Assembly: GCA_037443365.1 (NCBI GenBank) | Contig: JBBIOM010000002.1 | Span: 1 to 64,000 of the forward strand | Length of the DNA: 64,000 nucleotides | Reading direction: 5' to 3' | Source: Armatimonadota bacterium | GTDB taxonomy: Bacteria; Sysuimicrobiota; Sysuimicrobiia; Sysuimicrobiales; Humicultoraceae | Shown: positions 40,413 through 50,151 of the stretch, one piece after another | How positions within the stretch are numbered: the first letter of the stretch is position 1 | How the letters are laid out: every line of letters begins with the position of its first letter | Position numbers and translations under genes: made by a program | Notes under the pieces: model-generated | What the model was told of the DNA's origin: nothing | What the model saw: only the letters and a program-made list of their open reading frames with translations | Databases searched by the model: none

Positions 40413-41024
40413 CTAGGCTTCCATGCGCTCGGGCCGCACCCCTCCCAGATTGCGCCACTGCTGCGCGGTGTTGACGTTGTGCAATGTGCCCAGGCCCGGA
40501 TCTGCTGCTTCCAGTTCTCCTGCCGTGACCCTGCGCACGCGCAGCGCCGCGAGCGCGGCCCAGAGGCGCATCTCGCCATCGGCCAGGCGGGCCTCGAACA
40601 CCGGCAGGGTCCGGGTCGCGTAGACCGCGTGCAGGGGGTGCCAGCGCCCCCCCGTCCAGGGAACCGCTGCATCGAAGCCTGCCGCGAGGTCGGCCAGGAG
40701 CCGCACCGCATTCGGCGAGATGTAGGGCATGTCGCAGGCTGCCACGAACGCCCAGGGGTTCGAGGCCTCGCGCAGGCCGCTGCAGACTCCGACGAGGGGC
40801 GCCCGGAGAGGGAATCGGTCCGGAATCACCCTGGCCGGCAGGTGAGCGAAGGCCGGCGGATCCTTGGCGACGATAAGCAGTTCGGAGCAGCACTCGTCCA
40901 GGGCAGCCAGCACACGCTGGATCATTGACGTGCCGCCGACGTCGACGAAGGCCTTGTCGGTCGCCATGCGCCGGCTCCTGCCTCCGGCGAGGACTATCCC
41001 GGTGAGCGCGGGAGCGGCGCTCAC
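40413..41024 (-). CDS. mobA: Molybdenum cofactor guanylyltransferase
   Basis: LAGGRSRRM..DKA, ACDMP, PLHAVY, NVNT. Confidence 0.92.
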   Translation of the reverse strand: MSAAPALTGIVLAGGRSRRMATDKAFVDVGGTSMIQRVLAALDECCSELLIVAKDPPAFAHLPARVIPDRFPLRAPLVGVCSGLREASNPWAFVAACDMPYISPNAVRLLADLAAGFDAAVPWTGGRWHPLHAVYATRTLPVFEARLADGEMRLWAALAALRVRRVTAGELEAADPGLGTLHNVNTAQQWRNLGGVRPERMEA

Positions 41025-42781
41025 ACGACAGCCACCTCGCGCACGACCATGTCCGCGAGCGCTTCCAGATCGTCCCATGCAAAGGTCGGGGCCCTGCCCG
41101 CTCCCATGGCACCGGAGGCCGCATCGCACACCACCGCGACCACGCGGCCCTCCGGCAGGGGCCGGTCCTGGGCTGCTCCCTCCCGGACGACCAGGATCTT
41201 CGGGAAGGCGGATCCGCGGTATCCCTCCAGGAGCACGAGGTCTGCCGGGTGCACCCCGCCGAGCACCTGCGCCAGTGGCGGGTCGCAGGCCGAGGGCCGG
41301 CGGTGCACCGCGCCCCCAGGGCCTGCCAGCACCGTCTCCGCAGCGCCCGACCGAGCGGCCCGCCAGGTGTCTGTTCCCTCGTCATCAACCGACTGCATGT
41401 GCACGTGGTGCTTGACAAACGCGACCGCCAGCCCGCGGCGGCGCAGCAATGGGATCAGCCGCTCTGCGAGCGTGGTCTTGCCGCTCCCTGATCCGCCGAC
41501 CACGCCCAGAACCGCTGGCCGCCGCGCGCCTGCGCCGGGCAGCCCGGCAGGCGCAAGCAGCCAGACGGCAACCCGCGTGCCAGCGGGGAGTTCGGAGTCG
41601 GAGGGCTCAACCACAATCAGGGCGTTGCCCTCGCTCGCCGAGCGAAGGGTCGAGGTTCCCTGCCGGGCCAGCGGCGCAACCTCGAGGCCCGAGGTGCCCA
41701 GGACCGCTCGACCCCACAGATATCGCAGGCGCCCGGGATTCACCCGCAGACCCTTGCTGAGCGCGGCCGTCGCCACCTGCCGATGGATCTCGCCGTGCCC
41801 CATCATGGCACACAGCGCCGGGCGCACCAGCACCTCAAATGCAATGCGTGCAGCGCCAGGGGTGCCGGGGAGCGAAAACACCGGGCGCGCGCCGGCCAGT
41901 CCAAATGCCACGGGCGAGCCCGGCTTCATACGGACGCCGGCGAACTCCAACGCGACACCCAGGCGGCTAAGGGCTGCCCGCACCAGGTCGCGTTCACCCA
42001 CCGAGGCCCCGCCGCAGATCATCAGGGCGTCGGCCCGCAGCCCCTCGCGAATCCTGCCTTCAAGGGCGTCGAGGTCATCCGGCGCTATCCCCAGGCGGAG
42101 CGGCGTCGCGCCGAGCGCGGCCACCTCGGCGGCCAGGGCGTAGGTGTTGCTCTCACGCACCTGCCCCGGTCCCAGGGGGAAGCCGGCCGGCACGAGCTCG
42201 TCGCCCGTGGCCAGGATGCCCACCTCGGCGCGCTTGACCACCGGCACGGTGCCACGCCCGATCGCGGCAATCAGGGCCAGATCTCCGCCCCGCAGCGTGC
42301 GTCCGGCCTGCAAGACCGGCTCGCCCGCGCGGGCCTCTTCCCCTGCCGGAATGATGTGCCGACCGACCTCCACGGGACGCCTGAAGATCACGCGGCTGCC
42401 ACTTCGCGTGACCATCTCCTCGGGCACGACCGCGTCGGCGCCTGGCGGCACCGGCGCGCCGGTGGCGATGTCAACGGCGCCACCGGGCTCCAGGGGCAGG
42501 GGCCAGGTTTGCCCCGAGAACAGCGCGCCGACCACCTCGAGAGACACCGGCGCTGCATCACATGCCCCGGCCAGATCACTGGCGCGCACGGCTACCCCGT
42601 CCATGGCCGCGCGCGGAAAGGGCCAGAGGTCCTCGGATGCGGCAATTGCCTCGGCCAGCACACGGCCCGCGGCCTCGTGGAGCGCTACCTCCTCTGCGGG
42701 CTGCCTGCGAACGGACCGCAGGACGAGCGCGAGCGCGTCCTGCACGCTGGTGGTGGACCGGGGTGTCTCGCGCAGGGTCAA
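41021..42781 (-). CDS. moeA: MoeA (molybdopterin molybdotransferase) with C-terminal MobB domain
   Basis: AAMDG, ATGAP, TGDEL, MKPG, then GGSGSGKTT, KHH, DTWR, VLLEGY. Start approximate. Confidence 0.88.
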   Translation of the reverse strand: MTLRETPRSTTSVQDALALVLRSVRRQPAEEVALHEAAGRVLAEAIAASEDLWPFPRAAMDGVAVRASDLAGACDAAPVSLEVVGALFSGQTWPLPLEPGGAVDIATGAPVPPGADAVVPEEMVTRSGSRVIFRRPVEVGRHIIPAGEEARAGEPVLQAGRTLRGGDLALIAAIGRGTVPVVKRAEVGILATGDELVPAGFPLGPGQVRESNTYALAAEVAALGATPLRLGIAPDDLDALEGRIREGLRADALMICGGASVGERDLVRAALSRLGVALEFAGVRMKPGSPVAFGLAGARPVFSLPGTPGAARIAFEVLVRPALCAMMGHGEIHRQVATAALSKGLRVNPGRLRYLWGRAVLGTSGLEVAPLARQGTSTLRSASEGNALIVVEPSDSELPAGTRVAVWLLAPAGLPGAGARRPAVLGVVGGSGSGKTTLAERLIPLLRRRGLAVAFVKHHVHMQSVDDEGTDTWRAARSGAAETVLAGPGGAVHRRPSACDPPLAQVLGGVHPADLVLLEGYRGSAFPKILVVREGAAQDRPLPEGRVVAVVCDAASGAMGAGRAPTFAWDDLEALADMVVREVAVV

Positions 42782-42797
42782 GACGTGACTCCGCGGG

Positions 42798-44942
42798 TCA
42801 GGGCAGCTGCTCCGGGCAGGTCGCCACACGCACCCGCACGTCCGCCACCGCCGCACCCTCCCCCTTCGCATAGACGAACAGGGGGTTGATGTCGAGTTCC
42901 ACGACCCCAGGGCAGTCAACGGCCAGTTGGGACAAACGCAACAGACACTCGACGATGGCGTCCAGATCCGACGGTGACTCTCCGCGAACGCCCCCCAGGA
43001 TCGCCGCGGTGCGGGTCTCCTCGACCATGCGCCGGGCCCCGAGCTCCCGAATCGGCGCAAGGCGAAATGTGACATCCTTGAGGATCTCGACGTAGATCCC
43101 GCCCAGTCCAAACATCAAGACAGGGCCGAACTGCGGATCGCGGCTGATTCCCAGGATCACCTCGCGCCCCTTGCGCGCCATCGCCTGCACAAGGACCCCG
43201 TCCAGCACGGCATCGGGGTGGTGCTTCGCTATCGAGGCCAGCATTGCATCGTAGGCCCTGGACACCTCGTCCTCGGTCCGCAGGTTGAGACGCACGCCGC
43301 CAACGTCCACCTTGTGGATGATCTGTGGTGACATGATCTTCAGCGCCACGGGGAACCCGATCTCCTTCGCCCTGGCAGCTGCCTCGCGCGCGCTTGAGGC
43401 CGCGGCCCACGGCAGGAGAGGAAGCCGGTAGGCGTCGAGCAGTTCCATGGCCGAGGACTCCGACAGGAACCCCGGCCCCGCGCCCGCGACGATCTTGCGC
43501 ACGCGGTCGAGGTCCACATCACCATAGGTGACGTACTCGGTGCGAGGCCGGTCGATCCACGTGACATACCGCCTCATCGCCGCCAGCGTCCGGGCGATGG
43601 CCTCAGGGAACGGGTAGTGCGGAATCCCGGCCTCCTCGAGACGCGCCACGCCCGATTCCACCGCCAGGGCGCCGACAAACGACGCCAGAACGGGCTTGCC
43701 TGAGGCGCGTGCCCGGCGTATGACGGCGTCGGCCGCGGCCTCAACGTCGATGGTCGCCTGACGGGTCACCAGCACCACACCGGCGTCCACAGAGGGATCG
43801 CCCAGCACCGCCTCCAGGGCCCGGTCGTACCGCTTGTCGTCGGCATCGCCGATGATATCGAGGGGGTTGCCCACGTGGGCCTCGCCTGGCACCACGCTGC
43901 GCAGACTCGCGACCGTCTCCGCCGAGAACTTGCTCAGCTCCAGCCCCTGACGCACACAGGCATCGGTGGCCAGGATACCCGGACCGCCCGCATTGGTCAC
44001 GATGGCGACGCGCCCGCCCTTGGGAAGAGGTTGGCGCGAGAACGCCCCGGCGTAGTCGAACAGCTCCTCGATGCTCTCTACCCGCAGCACGCCTGCCTGG
44101 GCGAAGATGGCCTCATAGACCTGATCCGATCCGGCCAGCGATCCGGTGTGGCTCGATACCGCCCTGGCCCCGGCCGCGGTCCGGCCCGCCTTCAGCACGA
44201 GGACCGGCTTGGGAGGAGACTGCTCGCTGATCTCGCGGGCAGCCTCGATGAACCGCCTCCCCTCGCTCAGCTCCTCGACATACAGCAGGATGACCCGCGT
44301 GTCGGGGTCGCTCGCCAGCACATCGAGCAGCTCCAGTTCGGTCACGTCCGCCTTGTTGCCGAGGTTGAAGACCTTGGAGAACCCGATGTGCTTGATGCGG
44401 GCGTAGTCAAGGGCCGCCGCCGTGAGCGCGCCCGATTGCGATAGGAAGCCGATGTTACCGGCGGCAGGGATCTGCGCGGCGAAGGTGGCGTTGAGCCGGA
44501 CGTCACAAGCGGTGTTGATGACCCCCAGGCAGTTGGGGCCGATCAGGGCGAAGCCCCAGCGCGCGACGCGTTCGCGTACAAGGTCCTCGCGCTGCCGGCC
44601 CTCCTCCCCCACCTCGCGGAATCCGCCGGAGATCACGATGACCCCGCGCACGCCTGCCTGACCGCACTCGTCCAGCACTCCCGGGACCAGGGCAGCCGGG
44701 GTTATGACCACCGCCAGGTCGACCGGGTCCGGAACCTCGAGCACCGACCGGTAGGCGCGCACCCCGCTGATCGCACGTGCGGTGGGGTTCACCGGATGCA
44801 CGGCGCCCTGGAACCCTCCCGTGAGGATGTTGTGGAAGATCGCGTGCCCCACCTTGGCCGGATCGCGGGAAGCGCCGATCACGGCGATCGTCGAGGGCCT
44901 GACTATGGCCGAAAGGTCTCGGCTCGCTGGCTTCATCTGCAT
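42798..44942 (-). CDS. ADP-forming acetate/acyl-CoA ligase, fused alpha-beta
   Basis: VIGAS, GPNCLG, SQSG, SHTGSLAG (phospho-His), TNAGG, HKVDVGGV, ELDINP. Confidence 0.93.
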   Translation of the reverse strand: MQMKPASRDLSAIVRPSTIAVIGASRDPAKVGHAIFHNILTGGFQGAVHPVNPTARAISGVRAYRSVLEVPDPVDLAVVITPAALVPGVLDECGQAGVRGVIVISGGFREVGEEGRQREDLVRERVARWGFALIGPNCLGVINTACDVRLNATFAAQIPAAGNIGFLSQSGALTAAALDYARIKHIGFSKVFNLGNKADVTELELLDVLASDPDTRVILLYVEELSEGRRFIEAAREISEQSPPKPVLVLKAGRTAAGARAVSSHTGSLAGSDQVYEAIFAQAGVLRVESIEELFDYAGAFSRQPLPKGGRVAIVTNAGGPGILATDACVRQGLELSKFSAETVASLRSVVPGEAHVGNPLDIIGDADDKRYDRALEAVLGDPSVDAGVVLVTRQATIDVEAAADAVIRRARASGKPVLASFVGALAVESGVARLEEAGIPHYPFPEAIARTLAAMRRYVTWIDRPRTEYVTYGDVDLDRVRKIVAGAGPGFLSESSAMELLDAYRLPLLPWAAASSAREAAARAKEIGFPVALKIMSPQIIHKVDVGGVRLNLRTEDEVSRAYDAMLASIAKHHPDAVLDGVLVQAMARKGREVILGISRDPQFGPVLMFGLGGIYVEILKDVTFRLAPIRELGARRMVEETRTAAILGGVRGESPSDLDAIVECLLRLSQLAVDCPGVVELDINPLFVYAKGEGAAVADVRVRVATCPEQLP

Positions 44943-45008
44943 CACCTGCACCTCAATTCGCCGTCGCCCGGCCGGGCCCCTGGGCATGGGCCTCGCCGAT
45001 AGAACGAT

Positions 45009-45026
45009 ATAGGGCCATCGCCGTAT
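45009..45026. promoter_or_regulatory. Putative response-regulator box ATAGGGCCATCGCCGTAT
   Basis: Same 18-bp ATAGGG-N6-CC.TAT geometry, in the divergent promoter region. Confidence 0.5.
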
Positions 45027-45141
45027 TCTCTACCCAGGCAGGTTGGAGTGGAATTGTTGAGGAAGAGAGGTAGAGAGAATGGGGGCCGTCCATGCCCGGC
45101 AAGGTCGCCCGGGTGGAGAAGGCCTCCATGGGGGGGACACG

Positions 45142-46377
45142 GTGTTGAGCGGAGAGAAGCATTCTGCTGTGCCGGCAGGAAGTGCGCCATCCCCTGCATC
45201 ATCCGACCCGCGAGCGTCCTGGCAACAGGAGTTCAACCCCTGCATCCAGTGCGGCATGTGTGGTGGCGCCTGCCCCCTGGCCTTCGCCATGCAGTATACC
45301 CCCCGCCACTCGATCTACCTGTTGAAGGAAGGCCTGCTTGACCAGGTGCTCAAGAGCAACACCCTCTGGCTGTGCGTATCGTGCTACAACTGCACGTCAC
45401 GGTGCCCGAGCGGGCTGAAGATCACCGACGTCCTGTTCCCGGCCCTGCGCGACGCCGCGATGAGCGCGGGCCTGGCGCTCCCCTCCGAGTTCAAGAAGGC
45501 GCTGGACAACACCTACCGCTACGGGAACTCGATCGGCGAGGCCCCACGCAAGAGGATGGACTGGGCGCGGGGTGCGGGCGTGCCCGTCCCGGTCATGTCT
45601 CAGATCAAGCGGCCGGTTGAGGCGCTCTGGCTCGTCGAGTGCTATCCGACGTATCACCCGCGCAACCAGCCGCAGGCACAGGCCATGGCGCGAGTGCTGC
45701 ACGCCATGGGAGTGGACTTCGCGGTCCTGGGACCGGAGGAGCGCTGCGTAGGAGACTGCGAGCGCCTCTCAGGCGAGGCCGGGCTGTTTGAGAGCCTCGT
45801 TGAGTACAACACCGTGCTCTTCGACAAGTACGAGTACGACGAGATCATCACCTCAGATCCGCACGCGTTCAACTCGTTGAGCCGCGTGTACCCCGAGACC
45901 ACGGGCCGGCGGTTCCCCGTCCGGCACTACGTGGAGTTCCTCGCGGCCAGGCTGGACGTCCTGCGCCCGTTGCTGCAGAACCGCATCGAGGCCCGCGTGA
46001 CGTATCACGACAACTGCTGTCTGGGGCGCATGTGCGGCCTGTACGAGGCCCCGCGGGACCTGCTGCGCGCCATTCCGGGTGTCTCGCTGGTGGAGATGCC
46101 CTTTGCACGACAGAACGCCCTCTGCTGCGGGGGCGGAGGCGGAGGCATGTGGCTGGACACCGTGATCTGGCAGGCCGCGCAGGAGCGGTTGTCCGACCGG
46201 CGGATAGCGCACGCCCTGTCCGCAGGGGCGGATATCCTTGCGGTGTCCTGTCCTTTCGAGGCATCGCGTTTCGAGGACGCCCTCAAGTCCACGGGGAACG
46301 AGGGCAAGATCGTCGTGAAGGACATCATGGAGCTGCTCGACGAGTCGGCCGCAGCACGGGGAGGGATGTCTTCGTGA
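45142..46377 (+). CDS. HdrD-like soluble FeS oxidoreductase (2x4Fe-4S + CCG domains)
   Basis: CIQCGMCGGACP, CVSCYNCTSRCP, YHDNC, CCGGGGG. Start approximate. Confidence 0.88.
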   Translation: MLSGEKHSAVPAGSAPSPASSDPRASWQQEFNPCIQCGMCGGACPLAFAMQYTPRHSIYLLKEGLLDQVLKSNTLWLCVSCYNCTSRCPSGLKITDVLFPALRDAAMSAGLALPSEFKKALDNTYRYGNSIGEAPRKRMDWARGAGVPVPVMSQIKRPVEALWLVECYPTYHPRNQPQAQAMARVLHAMGVDFAVLGPEERCVGDCERLSGEAGLFESLVEYNTVLFDKYEYDEIITSDPHAFNSLSRVYPETTGRRFPVRHYVEFLAARLDVLRPLLQNRIEARVTYHDNCCLGRMCGLYEAPRDLLRAIPGVSLVEMPFARQNALCCGGGGGGMWLDTVIWQAAQERLSDRRIAHALSAGADILAVSCPFEASRFEDALKSTGNEGKIVVKDIMELLDESAAARGGMSS

Positions 46378-47144
46378 ACATAGCCGTGCTTCTGAGCATG
46401 GTCCCCGACCTTGTGGAGGAACTCGAGATCGCGCCTTCGGGCGTGGCGCTGGACACGCAGTGGCTGCGCTACCTGCTAAGCGAGAGCGACGACCACGCGC
46501 TGGAGCAGGCGCTGCTGCTCAAGGAGCGCCACGGCGGAGGGGTCACGGCGCTGGCCCTGGACCGGGGCGAGGCCGAGGAGGCGCTCTACACGGCGCTCGC
46601 GCGCGGGGCCGACGAGGCCATCAAGCTCACGGGAATCCCGGAGGAAGGGGTGGGCAAAACAGCCGCCGCCGCCATGTTCGGGGCGGTGCTGGGCGAGTCC
46701 CGGCCCGATCTCATCCTCACGGGTGTCTATGCGATTGATGACATGGACGGGCACATGGCGGGAGCGCTTGCAGGCCTGCTGGGCCTCCCGTACGTCGGCG
46801 TGACCCGGTCCGTGGATGCGCCGGAAGCGGGCAAGGTCCTGGTGCAGAAGGAGTACCCTGGCGGCCTGGCGGCAGAGATGGAGGTGGACCTGCCGGCGGT
46901 GGTGGGCGTGCTATCGGCGCCCCAGCCGCCGCGCTACGTCCCGGTGGCTCGAATCCGCGAGGCCAGGAAGACAAGGAAGATCACAGAGCGCGAGGCGCCG
47001 TCTGTCACCACGCCCGGGGGTCCAGTCGTCCGTCGGCTGTTCAAGCCGGAGCCGGCGGAGCGCGCGGAGATGATCGAGGGAACCCCAGAGGAGATGGTCA
47101 GGCAGATCGTGACGATCCTTGAGAACCGGGGGCTGGTGCGATGA
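46374..47144 (+). CDS. etfB: Electron transfer flavoprotein beta
   Basis: VPD, DDHALEQAL.LKE, ARGAD, DLILTG, PRY. Confidence 0.92.
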   Translation: MNIAVLLSMVPDLVEELEIAPSGVALDTQWLRYLLSESDDHALEQALLLKERHGGGVTALALDRGEAEEALYTALARGADEAIKLTGIPEEGVGKTAAAAMFGAVLGESRPDLILTGVYAIDDMDGHMAGALAGLLGLPYVGVTRSVDAPEAGKVLVQKEYPGGLAAEMEVDLPAVVGVLSAPQPPRYVPVARIREARKTRKITEREAPSVTTPGGPVVRRLFKPEPAERAEMIEGTPEEMVRQIVTILENRGLVR

Positions 47145-48139
47145 GCGGGACAGGCCGGGACGTCTGGGTCTACGTGGAGCACCTGAAGGGCCAGGTTGCC
47201 GGGCACACCTACGAGCTCCTGGGCAAGGGGAGCGAGGTGGCAGCGGCGCTGGGCGGCCGCCTGGTCGCCGTACTGGCAGGGAGCGCGGTCCAACCCCTGG
47301 CAGCTACCCTGGGGATGGCGGAGAGCGTCCTGTGCGTCGAGGACGCCGGCCTGGCCGGGTTCACCCCGGAGGGCCACGCCACGGCGCTGCGGGCCCTGGC
47401 CGAGGGTGAACCGCCGCGCCTGGTGCTCGTGGGCGCAACCTCCGAGGGAATGGACCTGGCCGCCCTCCTGGCGGCGTGGATGCGAATCCCGCTGGTAGTC
47501 AACTGCCGGGAGATAGGGGTCGAGGGCGACCGGATTGTGGTGACCAGCCAGATGTGCGGGGGCAAGCTGCTGGGCGAGATGGAGATCGGGGACGGCATGG
47601 CGATCCTCACGGTCCTCCCCGGCGCGTTTCCGTCGCAGAAGGGCATCTCCGAGCGGACCCCGGGCGTGCGTCTCCTCGCATCGCCGGTGCCGCTGGATGG
47701 CCTGCGGACGAGGTTCACGCAGATGCTGGAACCGGAGGCCGGGGACGTTGACATCACGCGTGCTCCTGTCCTGATTGCGGTAGGACGCGGGATCCAGCGG
47801 CAGGACAACATCCCGCTAGCTGAGGCGCTGGCCATGCTCCTGGGCGGGGAGGTCTGCGCATCGCGCCCGGTCATCGATCAGGGCTGGCTGCCGCTCACGC
47901 GGCAGGTGGGCAAGTCCGGCATGATCGTCAAGCCCAAGCTCTACCTGGCGCTGGGCATAAGCGGGGCGCCCGAGCACGTGGAGGGGATGAAGGACTCCGA
48001 CCTGATCATCGCCATCAACGCCGATCCGAGAGCACCGATCTTCGACGTCGCCGACTACGGCGTAACCGAGGACATGTTCGAACTGCTGCCGGCGCTCACG
48101 GAAGAGCTCGAGAAGCGCAAGGCGCAGGGGGCGACCTGA
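47141..48139 (+). CDS. etfA: Electron transfer flavoprotein alpha
   Basis: GRGI, ASRP, QVGKSG, GISGAPEH, AIN.DP.APIF. Confidence 0.94.
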   Translation: MSGTGRDVWVYVEHLKGQVAGHTYELLGKGSEVAAALGGRLVAVLAGSAVQPLAATLGMAESVLCVEDAGLAGFTPEGHATALRALAEGEPPRLVLVGATSEGMDLAALLAAWMRIPLVVNCREIGVEGDRIVVTSQMCGGKLLGEMEIGDGMAILTVLPGAFPSQKGISERTPGVRLLASPVPLDGLRTRFTQMLEPEAGDVDITRAPVLIAVGRGIQRQDNIPLAEALAMLLGGEVCASRPVIDQGWLPLTRQVGKSGMIVKPKLYLALGISGAPEHVEGMKDSDLIIAINADPRAPIFDVADYGVTEDMFELLPALTEELEKRKAQGAT

Positions 48140-50151
48140 TGCCCGCGCGTGAGCTCTACTGGAACGTCGCCTCCCATAAGCTCATCTACCTCGTCTTCCT
48201 ACCGTTTCTGCTCGTGTTCGTCTGGGGATGCGTGGCCGCGGTGCGGAGGTGGTCGCGGGGCGGCCCCGAGATCAGGTGGGATCACCCGTGGACAAGGCTG
48301 ACGGGGCTGATCGCCCAGGGGCTGGCGCAGCTGCGGATTCTCCGCGAGGCCTACGCCGGGCTGCTTCACGCCTCGCTCTTCTGGGGCTTCGTGATCCTGT
48401 TCGTGGCCACGTGCATGATCGTGCTCGAGGAGTACCTGGGGATCAAGACGCTCCAGGGCCCGTTCTACCTGTACTTCATGTCTCTGGTGGTGGATCTCTT
48501 CGGCGTCCTGGCCCTGCTGGGGGTCGGCATGGCGCTCGTCCGAAGATGGGTGCTCAGGCCGGCGCGCCTGAGGGAGCCCAAGCGTTCGGACCAGTACTCG
48601 ACAATGCTGGTGCTGATCTTCCTCACTCTGCTCACCGGGTTCGTGGTCGAGGGCCTGCGCATCGTCGCCACCCGGGACCCCTGGGCGCTGTGGTCACCCG
48701 GCGGGTGGGTCACCGCGCTGGCGTTCCGCGGAATGGGCCAGGACCAGCTCCAGACGCTCCACCTCGTCTCGTGGTGGGGCCACGCGGTGCTGGCCTTCGC
48801 GTTCATAGCGTACCTCCCGTTCTCCGGGGTCCTGCACCTGCTGACAGGGCCGCTCAACATCTTCTTCCGATCGCTGCAGCCCCTGGGCAGGCTCTCGGGC
48901 GCCGCAGCGCCCGCGCGCGACGGCGACCCAGCGGCCGGAAACGGCGCCCTAACACTGCAGCGGTTCACCTGGAAGCACCTGCTGGACCTGGAGGCCTGCA
49001 CCGAGTGTGGTCGCTGCCAGGCCGATTGCCCGGCGTGGTTGTCGGGAACGCCGCTCAGCCCCAAGGGACTCGTCATGGACCTGAGAGGACGTCTGCGCGC
49101 CGGGAAGCGAGGAGGGGATAGCCAGTCCATTGTCGGCGACCTGATCACCGAGGAGGTGATCTGGTCCTGCTTCACGTGCGCGGCCTGTCACGAGGCCTGC
49201 CCGGTGTTCATCGAGCCGATTCCTAAGTTGGCCGAGATGCGCCGCTATCTGGTCGGCCAGGGGAGCGTGGACAGTCTTCTTCAGGATACGCTCACTGCCG
49301 CATCCCGCTATGGCAACTCCTTCGGGCAGTCGCCCAAGATGCGTGCCAGGTGGACCCAGGGCCTGGGCGTCACGATCAAGGACATCCGCAGGGAGCCCGC
49401 CGAGTACCTTTGGTTCGTCGGCGACTTCGCCTCCTATGATCAGCAGGCCGCTCAGGCCACCCGGGCGGTCGCGAGGCTGCTGCACCTGGCTGGGGTCAAC
49501 TTCGGCATCCTCTACGACGCGGAATCCACCAGCGGAAACGACTTCCGCCGCGTCGGTGAGGAAGGTCTCTTCGAGATGATGGTGGAGAAGAACCTGGCGG
49601 CCATGCGGCGGTGCGAGTTCACAACGATCCTGACCACGGACCCGCACGCGTACAACACCCTGAAGAACGAGTATCCCTTGTTCGGGGCGACCTGGCCCGT
49701 TGTGCACTACACCGAGTTGCTGGACCGCCTCGCCCGAGAGGGCCACTTGCGTGCAGCCAGGAAGCTGGACAGGAGGGTCACCTACCACGACCCCTGCTAC
49801 CTGGGTCGCTACAACGGCGTGTTCGAGGCCCCCAGGCGCGTTCTGACAGCCCTGGGAGCCGAGGTAGTGGAGATGCCGCGCAACCGCACCCGCTCGTACT
49901 GCTGCGGTGCGGGCGGTGGGCGCGTCTGGATGAAGGAAGCGACTGGGCTGCGGGAGCGTCCTGCCGAGAGCCGCGTCCGGGAGGCAGTGGCCCTGGACCG
50001 GGTTGGGACGCTGGTGGTGGCCTGTCCCAAGGAACTCGCCATGTTCAACGACGCGGTGAAGACCGCCGGACTAGAGGGACGGCTCGCGGTCAGGGACCTG
50101 GCCGAGATGGTCGAGGAAGCAACTACCCCGGAGGTGTCTGGTCATGCGTGA
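48139..50151 (+). CDS. Membrane-bound FeS oxidoreductase (NarI-like TM + 4Fe-4S + CCG; ETF:quinone oxidoreductase-like)
   Basis: TM helices with His, TGFVVEG, CTECGRCQADCP, CFTCAACHEACP, YHDPC, CCGAGGG. Confidence 0.88.
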   Translation: MPARELYWNVASHKLIYLVFLPFLLVFVWGCVAAVRRWSRGGPEIRWDHPWTRLTGLIAQGLAQLRILREAYAGLLHASLFWGFVILFVATCMIVLEEYLGIKTLQGPFYLYFMSLVVDLFGVLALLGVGMALVRRWVLRPARLREPKRSDQYSTMLVLIFLTLLTGFVVEGLRIVATRDPWALWSPGGWVTALAFRGMGQDQLQTLHLVSWWGHAVLAFAFIAYLPFSGVLHLLTGPLNIFFRSLQPLGRLSGAAAPARDGDPAAGNGALTLQRFTWKHLLDLEACTECGRCQADCPAWLSGTPLSPKGLVMDLRGRLRAGKRGGDSQSIVGDLITEEVIWSCFTCAACHEACPVFIEPIPKLAEMRRYLVGQGSVDSLLQDTLTAASRYGNSFGQSPKMRARWTQGLGVTIKDIRREPAEYLWFVGDFASYDQQAAQATRAVARLLHLAGVNFGILYDAESTSGNDFRRVGEEGLFEMMVEKNLAAMRRCEFTTILTTDPHAYNTLKNEYPLFGATWPVVHYTELLDRLAREGHLRAARKLDRRVTYHDPCYLGRYNGVFEAPRRVLTALGAEVVEMPRNRTRSYCCGAGGGRVWMKEATGLRERPAESRVREAVALDRVGTLVVACPKELAMFNDAVKTAGLEGRLAVRDLAEMVEEATTPEVSGHA

